Source: a virus. From it: a stretch of 33,248 nucleotides of DNA. This document shows, in pieces, positions 6,235 through 11,804 of this stretch; positions within the stretch are counted from its first letter, which is position 1; every line of letters begins with the position of its first letter. Under the pieces are notes generated by a model. That model saw only the letters and a list, made by a program, of their open reading frames with translations, did no database searches and had not been told where the DNA came from. Where the stretch lies: IMG/VR virus record IMGVR_UViG_3300017779_000064; one strand, written 5' to 3'. Position numbers and translations under genes: made by a program.

Positions 6235-6422
6235 GAAACTTCCAAGTAACGCGCATGTTGCGCCAATAAATGACCAACTAACAAAGGACTATCTAATGAG
6301 TAATGTAAAAGTGGCAGCCCGTACGAGACTGCCTGAGTGTAATGATAACAGTAGTTTATCTTCACAAGTTCCAACTGACCCTGTCGTGCAGGGTCAAGAG
6401 GTTAGTCGAGCAAGTTCCAACT
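6211..6422. repeat. Cluster of AAGTTCCAAC(T)-type motifs and a 7-bp-stem hairpin at and after the int 3' end; candidate attP or arm-type sites
   Basis: Palindrome GTTGGAAcTTCCAAC at 6211..6225. caagttccaact at 6365..6376 and 6411..6422 (identical 12-mers). Hairpin gaccctg-tcgtg-cagggtc at 6377..6395. Related cttccaagt at 6239..6247. Confidence 0.45.
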
Positions 6423-6541
6423 TATCCCTGATATTAGACGGTGTCAGCTTCACGCTGTTCTGCGTGTGCCTGATGGCCTCGTCTTGGTTTTTCTGTGCGC
6501 TGTCTGACGTCTGCACCGCCGCCAATGGGGGGCCGTTCTGA
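6296..6541 (+). CDS. Hypothetical small membrane protein (81 aa) translationally coupled to the exonuclease gene
   Basis: AAGGA lies 8 nt upstream of the ATG at 6296. Hydrophobic segment VSFTLFCVCLMASSWFFCAL. Its stop overlaps the exo ATG (TGATG). It also overlaps the putative att region, so it is uncertain. Confidence 0.3.
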   Translation: MSNVKVAARTRLPECNDNSSLSSQVPTDPVVQGQEVSRASSNLSLILDGVSFTLFCVCLMASSWFFCALSDVCTAANGGPF

Positions 6542-7476
6542 TGCCTAAGCTAACCAAAACAGGATTTGAGATTGGTAGCTCTGAGGCAGGGGCAATCGTT
6601 CTAGGCAAGACCGCATTCCAGAACCGGCATGACATCTTGGAAAAGCACAAACTGGCCAAAGCTGGGGTCGAGACTATTGAGCCTGACTTAAAAAGTTGGG
6701 CACTTATTCGCGGCATCTTCCTAGAGCCAGCGGTGGCTAACATGGTTGAGTTTTGGATTAACGAACTGTGCGTCAAACCGTGTCAAATGTGGGAACCAAC
6801 TGAGCCGTACCAGAAGGCTAGGGCGGCGAGTTCTATTGACCGAATTGTCAAGCTGGCTGACCCACTAACGCTGAAAAATCTTGAGGGCAAAGATATTGTT
6901 ATGAGCGGCACCGGGGTGGTTGAGATTAAGACCGACCGATACCATCACGACAAGCCAAAACCTGAGTGGATATTTCAAGTGCTTCATCAAATGCACTGTA
7001 GTGACATCAACTGGGGAATGATTGGTTGTTTTGACCAGAACTTTAATTTGCATTTGTACCCGGTTGAGCGGTCGGCCAATCTCATTGGCATTATGCTTGA
7101 GGCATACGATGAGTTCTGGAACCTAGTTGATACTGACAGTCACTACCCGCCGGACCCTGACCCTGACGCTGACATTGTTGCTGTATCCTACCCTGACGGC
7201 TGGGAGACCAACGCTGACATCTCAGGTGCCGCCCAAGGCTATGTTGAGGCAAGCGCCGAGGTGGCCCTTGCCCGTGCCAAGCTGCGCGAGTTGGAGAAAG
7301 AGCGCGACGAGTACAAGAACGCGCTGGTCGATGTCATGTACCTGTCAAACATCACGCACGTTGATGCTGACGGCTACCGCATTCACTCGGAGTATATCAG
7401 CAAGCCCAAACGCAAAATGGTTGAGACCGATGAGGTCACCGAGACCCTAAAATTTTCTGTTAAGGAGTTAAATTAA
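6541..7476 (+). CDS. YqaJ/lambda-Exo-type recombination exonuclease
   Basis: SSEAGAIVLG..., GVVEIKT (E-x-K), FQVLHQMHC. Sits directly upstream of RecT. Confidence 0.75.
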   Translation: MPKLTKTGFEIGSSEAGAIVLGKTAFQNRHDILEKHKLAKAGVETIEPDLKSWALIRGIFLEPAVANMVEFWINELCVKPCQMWEPTEPYQKARAASSIDRIVKLADPLTLKNLEGKDIVMSGTGVVEIKTDRYHHDKPKPEWIFQVLHQMHCSDINWGMIGCFDQNFNLHLYPVERSANLIGIMLEAYDEFWNLVDTDSHYPPDPDPDADIVAVSYPDGWETNADISGAAQGYVEASAEVALARAKLRELEKERDEYKNALVDVMYLSNITHVDADGYRIHSEYISKPKRKMVETDEVTETLKFSVKELN

Positions 7477-8408
7477 TGAGTAACGCATTAGTATCCCGCG
7501 CCCTGTTGCCACAAAATCTAGATGAAGCAATTAAGTTTGCTGAGTTTTATTCAAGGTCTGGCATGATACCGGCAGACTACCAAGGCAAGCCCGCGAACGT
7601 CCTCGTCGCAATAAATTGGGGGTTAGAGGTGGGCATATCGCCGCTTAGTGCGTTAAAATATATAAGCCTCGTGAATGGTAGGCCAGCAATATGGGGGGAT
7701 GGTCTGTTGGCAATATGCCAGAACCACCCTCAATATCTTGGCATTGAAGAGACAAGCGAAGGTGAGGGCCAAGATTACAAAGCCACTTGTGTCGTTAAAC
7801 GTGAAAACAAGAATGGAGACATAAACGAAACAATACAAATTTACTCCTACGCGAAAGCCCAGCGGGCAGGACTTCTGACACGGCAAACATGGAAGCAATA
7901 CCCAGAGCGCATGATGCAATTACGTGCCAGAGGCTTTGCTTTGCGTGATGCTTTTGCTGATGCTGTCGCTGGCATCATCACGGCAGAAGAAGCCCAAGAC
8001 ATGCCGCCTATGAAGACCGTGCCCGTACAGCCCCAACCAGCGCCGTCAGGGCCGACCATAGCCGAGAGGGCAATGGCTGCAATTGAGCCGCCACAAGAGG
8101 CTGTGGAAGCTCCACAAGCTCCACCAGAGCCGGTTGAGGGGTTCGCCCTTCGTATCCCCGGCAAGCCTACGCAATCGTTCACTGTGCAAATGGACTTTGC
8201 TGATGCCTACAATGATTTGCTGTTGAAGGTTCGCCGAGCACGGTCATTGCCGGAAGCTGAACGCCGGACAAAAATGAAGGCGCTTGAAGAGGCCAATGCT
8301 GACACGTTCGCTATGCTTGATGAAGACTTGGCAAAGGAACTGCATGACAAGCGGTTGCAGTACAATGCCGGTCTAGGCGCTGAAGAAAAAGAGGCCCCCA
8401 ATGACTGA
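7476..8408 (+). CDS. recT: RecT-family single-strand annealing protein
   Basis: GMIPADYQGKPANVLVAINWGLEVGISPLSALKYISLVNGRPAIWGD...WKQYPERMMQLRARGFALRDAFADAV. Confidence 0.8.
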   Translation: MSNALVSRALLPQNLDEAIKFAEFYSRSGMIPADYQGKPANVLVAINWGLEVGISPLSALKYISLVNGRPAIWGDGLLAICQNHPQYLGIEETSEGEGQDYKATCVVKRENKNGDINETIQIYSYAKAQRAGLLTRQTWKQYPERMMQLRARGFALRDAFADAVAGIITAEEAQDMPPMKTVPVQPQPAPSGPTIAERAMAAIEPPQEAVEAPQAPPEPVEGFALRIPGKPTQSFTVQMDFADAYNDLLLKVRRARSLPEAERRTKMKALEEANADTFAMLDEDLAKELHDKRLQYNAGLGAEEKEAPND

Positions 8409-8643
8409 TGGTAAAGTAACCTTAACCGTTGAACAGCGGGAGTTTTACGACTTCCTAAAACTGTTCGTCAAAGTCCACGGCGTTGCACCGAGTTGGCGCG
8501 AGATGGGCGCTGGTTATATTGCTGGCGAGAAGGCCACCGTCATGCGGCACCCCGGTCAGATTGCGAGGACAATAGGATGCCTTGAAGAACGGGGCTGGAT
8601 AGAAAGGTTGCCCGGTAAATCGCGGGCCATCAAGTTCCTCTAA
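8401..8643 (+). CDS. LexA N-terminal-domain-like winged-helix protein (no peptidase domain)
   Basis: LTVEQREFYDFLKLFVKVHGVAPSWREMGAG...IARTIGCLEERGWIERLPGKSRAIKFL matches the LexA DNA-binding domain pattern. Only 80 aa. Confidence 0.55.
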   Translation: MTDGKVTLTVEQREFYDFLKLFVKVHGVAPSWREMGAGYIAGEKATVMRHPGQIARTIGCLEERGWIERLPGKSRAIKFL

Positions 8644-8825
8644 AATTTTTTTGGCACACAGTACGCCACAACAAAATCGTCCGGCGAGTTGGTAAACCCG
8701 TAACGCTTCACCACTTGCCGGGCCATTTCATTGCATGTGTATATGTCTTGGAATGCCATAGTATTTGACACAAGCTCACGGTCCTTACCCAGCCCAATAA
8801 ATACAAACAGGACGAAGAGGTGCAC
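8640..8825 (-). CDS. Hypothetical protein, last gene of the minus-strand operon (GTG start; may start at the internal Met)
   Basis: ORF track. N-terminal hydrophobic MHLFVLFVFIGLG. Its stop codon overlaps the stop of the convergent plus-strand gene. Confidence 0.3.
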   Translation of the reverse strand: MHLFVLFVFIGLGKDRELVSNTMAFQDIYTCNEMARQVVKRYGFTNSPDDFVVAYCVPKKF

Positions 8826-8977
8826 TACCTTTTCTTTGCGGTCTTGGCGCTTTGCCTAAATGCCTTTGCCGTTGGCGCACCCGCACTGCCAGGCTTTCGC
8901 ATCTTCTCGCCACTACCGGCGGCGATACGTTTTTTCTTTGCATTGATGTTGGCGTACAAGCCAGGTTTCTTAGCCAT
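8825..8977 (-). CDS. Small, very basic protein (50 aa; below the ORF-track cutoff)
   Basis: Manual translation gives MAKKPGLYANINAKKKRIAAGSGEKMRKPGSAGAPTAKAFRQSAKTAKKR. AAAGGA RBS lies 6 nt upstream. It starts 4 nt after the previous stop. Confidence 0.4.
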   Translation of the reverse strand: MAKKPGLYANINAKKKRIAAGSGEKMRKPGSAGAPTAKAFRQSAKTAKKR

Positions 8978-8980
8978 TTG

Positions 8981-9181
8981 TTATCCTTTCTTTTGGTTGC
9001 GTTTTGAAATTCGTTTGCCCTTGGCCACGGCATCGGCCTTAGAACTTGCACCCCAATCCATCAGGCTTTTAAGCAATGGCGTAGGCTTACCGTTGCGCCG
9101 TTCTGGACCGCGCATACGTCCCATGCGTTGGAGAAAAGCGGCTCTTCGCGGGCCATTTCCAGTACGTTCTGGCCTACTCAT
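8981..9181 (-). CDS. Small arginine-rich basic protein (66 aa)
   Basis: The ATG overlaps the endolysin 3' end. No TM segment or lipobox, so it is not a spanin by sequence. Confidence 0.35.
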   Translation of the reverse strand: MSRPERTGNGPRRAAFLQRMGRMRGPERRNGKPTPLLKSLMDWGASSKADAVAKGKRISKRNQKKG

Positions 9182-9689
9182 TTATCATTTGCAGCGAGTG
9201 TTCGCGCACCTCATTATTGCGGCGGGTCCAACCTTTACCAAACGTCTTGAACGTCTTGAGACTTTCGTAAAACGATTGCCTCACATCTGCCAAACGCTTA
9301 ACCACTTCAGAACTGTCGCTGTTGCTAACCGCTTGCAACGTCATTGGCCCAATCGCACCATCTGGTTTTGCGCCAACGCATTTCTGAAGCATCTTGGCCG
9401 CTCGGCTTGGCCCACTGTTAATCGCTATATCGCAAACCGAGTAATCTATACCCGCTGGTAAATCGTCACCGTTGATGGCGTCAAAATACCATTGCTTGTA
9501 AATTGGGCTGACGTCTTCTTTTGTCAGGTCTCGCATTTCCTGTTCAGTTGCTTCGCGGCCCAACCAACGAGAATACACGGCTCTAGTCACCCCTAAATTT
9601 GTCATGCCGCCAGGGTCACTCGGATGGTCTACAAACCCGCCCTCAGATTTAATGACGCTTTCGAATATTTGTTCCCAGCTTTCTTTCAT
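9174..9689 (-). CDS. Endolysin: GH108 N-acetylmuramidase with a PG_binding_3-type C-terminal domain
   Basis: ESVIKSEGGFVDHPSDPGGMTNLGVT (GH108 signature with catalytic Glu). C-terminal GAKPDGAIGPMTLQAV. Confidence 0.85.
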   Translation of the reverse strand: MKESWEQIFESVIKSEGGFVDHPSDPGGMTNLGVTRAVYSRWLGREATEQEMRDLTKEDVSPIYKQWYFDAINGDDLPAGIDYSVCDIAINSGPSRAAKMLQKCVGAKPDGAIGPMTLQAVSNSDSSEVVKRLADVRQSFYESLKTFKTFGKGWTRRNNEVREHSLQMINE

Positions 9690-9787
9690 TTGTATAGCTC
9701 CTCAATTAGCTTTTTCTGGCGCTCAACCTGACGCCGTTGGGCTTCCAAAATTATGAACTGCTCATCCAGGTCCGACCGCTTGGGCAT
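9686..9787 (-). CDS. Tiny ORF (33 aa, charged helix) between holin and endolysin
   Basis: MPKRSDLDEQFIILEAQRRQVERQKKLIEELYK. Its stop overlaps the endolysin ATG (ATGA). The RBS is weak. Confidence 0.3.
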   Translation of the reverse strand: MPKRSDLDEQFIILEAQRRQVERQKKLIEELYK

Positions 9788-9807
9788 CGGTATGACCTTG
9801 TCGCTTG

Positions 9808-10215
9808 TCACTTGGTCAGGCCCTTCTGCTTCTCGTAGGTACGCAACCCACCAATCCCAAGCATGCCGCCTAGAACGGTCATCATCGGCCCCATGTCTAG
9901 GACCGGGGCAACCTCGGCCCACTCGTAAAAGCCATAGATGCCGTACAATGCACCCGCTATAGGGTACACTAGGAAGTTGTACGCAAAGGACGCCGCGCAG
10001 ACCCAGCCTACTGCCGGTCTCCAACCACCTTTGAACGTGGAGCCTGATGCCGCCTCGGCCTTGTTAATTTCTAGCTGGGCCAACAGTGCTTGTTGCGCGT
10101 GTTGGTCTGACATGGTGGCTATCTCATGGGCCAGCCGTGCCCGCTCGGTGGCGTCAGGAACAACCTTGTCTAGAACGCCGGTAAGCGGGGCAATGAGTGC
10201 GCTTACAATGCTCAT
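9808..10215 (-). CDS. Holin of the 3-TM 'gene-transfer release' family
   Basis: MSIVSALIAPLTGVLDKVVPD...EINKAEAASGSTFKGGWRPAVGWVCAASFAYNFLVYP...LGIGGLRTYEKQKG matches the GTA/alphaproteobacterial phage holin pattern. Confidence 0.75.
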   Translation of the reverse strand: MSIVSALIAPLTGVLDKVVPDATERARLAHEIATMSDQHAQQALLAQLEINKAEAASGSTFKGGWRPAVGWVCAASFAYNFLVYPIAGALYGIYGFYEWAEVAPVLDMGPMMTVLGGMLGIGGLRTYEKQKGLTK

Positions 10216-10430
10216 GCTTCTTTGTGCCCGACAGCAAAGTAGGCTCCAACCAATGCGGACAGCGCCAGGTACTGCGCCATCAGGATACTCTCGGCAGCTT
10301 CCATACGCGCCGGGTCATAGACCGTTGCAGCGGTGCATATCAGCATCATTACCATTGCACCCCAGCACATGTGCCGCCGGTTGCGCTGGTATATTTCGTA
10401 GTTAAGGTGGTGCTTTTCTTCTAGTGTCAT
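10212..10430 (-). CDS. Small two-TM membrane protein (holin-associated?)
   Basis: Hydrophobic stretches CWGAMVMMLICTAATV and AQYLALSALVGAYFAV. Overlaps the holin start by 4 nt. Confidence 0.5.
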   Translation of the reverse strand: MTLEEKHHLNYEIYQRNRRHMCWGAMVMMLICTAATVYDPARMEAAESILMAQYLALSALVGAYFAVGHKEA

Positions 10431-10434
10431 CAGG

Positions 10435-10698
10435 TCAGTTCCTCTTCAGTGAATCTAAAATCTCGGACAGGGTGGGGCGCTTGTCCTTCTTTTCGTAGAC
10501 GCATGAGAACACCTTGGGGCACTCGCTAAAGGACAAGGTTGGGAAGTGGTAACCAAGACCTCCGAACCCCGCCGTAAAGCGATAGACGCACACGCGCTGG
10601 CCGGAATGGTCGGTGTATCTTTTCCATAAACTGCACGGCACATGTGTAGGGTTCGCCACCCCGGCCAAGGTCACAGCGAGAACCAATGCCGGTATCAT
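10435..10698 (-). CDS. Secreted cysteine-containing small protein (signal-peptide-like N-terminus)
   Basis: MIPALVLAVTLAGVANP... followed by several Cys. No lipobox. Confidence 0.45.
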   Translation of the reverse strand: MIPALVLAVTLAGVANPTHVPCSLWKRYTDHSGQRVCVYRFTAGFGGLGYHFPTLSFSECPKVFSCVYEKKDKRPTLSEILDSLKRN

Positions 10699-11198
10699 CG
10701 CACCCCCTCCGCTGGCGGTGGCACTTGCTGGCTTGCCCAGATGACCGCAAGAACAATCCCAATGATGGTGATACCTATGACCAATGAAGCAATGAGAATG
10801 AAGATACCTTGTATCCGCTCACGCTTTTCAAGCCGTTGTTGTCTTTCAATCGCCGCCAAACGCTTGGCTTCCTTGTCTCTCTCGGCCTGTAAAACTACAA
10901 TATCGTCCCAGGCTTTTGGCCCAAATCTCATGCTGATAGCCATGCGGGCGTCCCACAATGCCTCTTTGGCCAGCCGGGCATCAATCACTTCTTGGGCCGC
11001 TGACCCTGCACCAAGCTGGTCCTTGAGAGACATGCCGGACTTTTTCGCCCGCGCCTTTTGACACTGCTTGTTGCCTTCGAACAGGGCATCAATGTCGCCC
11101 GCCAGTTCGCCCATAGACTTGGCCGCTGAAACGCCTTCCTTGATTGCCGCCGCACTCGCTTTAACAAGTGCTATCCCGGCTAGTATCTCAGCGACCAT
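10695..11198 (-). CDS. Coiled-coil membrane protein with a C-terminal TM segment
   Basis: C-terminal IFILIASLVIGITIIGIVLAVIW. Central charged heptad-like region ...QAERDKEAKRLAAIERQQRLEKRER. Confidence 0.5.
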   Translation of the reverse strand: MVAEILAGIALVKASAAAIKEGVSAAKSMGELAGDIDALFEGNKQCQKARAKKSGMSLKDQLGAGSAAQEVIDARLAKEALWDARMAISMRFGPKAWDDIVVLQAERDKEAKRLAAIERQQRLEKRERIQGIFILIASLVIGITIIGIVLAVIWASQQVPPPAEGVR

Positions 11199-11203
11199 AT
11201 CAT

Positions 11204-11326
11204 TTACTTCTTGTCAGTTTTCTTGGGCCGACCACGCTTGCGCTTCTCAGCCTTTGGCTGTTCAACATCATCGGTACGTTTGTTAATTGTACGCAGGTGA
11301 GGGTTAAGGTCCACGATAGTTACCAT
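11204..11326 (-). CDS. Tiny basic ORF (40 aa) with an AT-hook-like KRGRPKK
   Basis: Manual translation gives MVTIVDLNPHLRTINKRTDDVEQPKAEKRKRGRPKKTDKK. GGAG lies 7 nt upstream. It fills the gap between neighbouring genes exactly. Confidence 0.35.
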   Translation of the reverse strand: MVTIVDLNPHLRTINKRTDDVEQPKAEKRKRGRPKKTDKK

Positions 11327-11330
11327 CTCG

Positions 11331-11519
11331 TTACTCCATTATCAGGCTGAGAAGCAGGGCGATTGTGGCGGCGGCTGACCCCAAGATGATATGTTCTAGC
11401 CTACGCATTCGGTGCAGTTGTTCCAGCCACCGCTCCTCTAGGCGCACCTCTAAGGCCACCAGCCGGTTGTCTATGCCATCGATGCGCTCATGGGCGCTTG
11501 CTACAGTTCGCTTATCCAT
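11331..11519 (-). CDS. Small tail-anchored coiled-coil membrane protein
   Basis: 62 aa with C-terminal ILGSAAATIALLLSLI. Its start overlaps the upstream stop. Confidence 0.45.
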   Translation of the reverse strand: MDKRTVASAHERIDGIDNRLVALEVRLEERWLEQLHRMRRLEHIILGSAAATIALLLSLIME

Positions 11520-11794
11520 TAGCTAGGCTCACTTGGCCAAGTAACTGAGTTTGGAAATCCTGCTTGCGTCGGCACGTCTCTTAGCGCCTGTCGGTATACG
11601 CGCCACTCGTCTGACATTGTTACATCACTGTTAGCCATCCAGTCGCAAGCAGCTAGTTTAGCGTCACGTTTTTTTCGGATAGCTATAGCAGCACCGTAAG
11701 CAGGGTCATATTCTGAAAATCTAGCGTCCCAAGCCGCTTCCTCTGCGGCTGTAAACTGAACGTCTACCCCATCAGTATTGTGAAATCTTGGCAT
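11519..11794 (-). CDS. Tail fibre assembly/chaperone-like protein
   Basis: ...RKKRDAKLAACDWMANSDVTMSDEWRVYRQALRDVPTQAGFPNSVTWPSEP (tail assembly chaperone C-terminal pattern). ATG at 11794 with an AAGGAA RBS. Directly after the fibre gene. Confidence 0.6.
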   Translation of the reverse strand: MPRFHNTDGVDVQFTAAEEAAWDARFSEYDPAYGAAIAIRKKRDAKLAACDWMANSDVTMSDEWRVYRQALRDVPTQAGFPNSVTWPSEPS

Positions 11795-11804
11795 AGCAGT
11801 TTCC

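Noticed and set aside
6077-6295. N-terminal part of the 154-aa ORF 6077..6541
   Set aside because: It overlaps the integrase C-terminal catalytic region in another frame. Only the part from ATG 6296, downstream of the int stop, is plausible.
6377-6395. tRNA fragment or tRNA-derived att core at the hairpin gaccctgtcgtgcagggtc
   Set aside because: A 7-bp stem with a 5-nt loop does not fit T-arm or anticodon-arm geometry. There is no GTTCGA-type T-loop or acceptor/CCA context nearby.
9788-10024. 112-aa ORF (9686..10024) overlapping the holin 3' half, considered as an embedded spanin-like gene
   Set aside because: The overlapping part (GCPGPRHGADDDRSRRHAWDW...) has off-frame composition with no signal peptide, lipobox or TM segment. 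Only the last 33 codons after the holin stop are kept, at low confidence.
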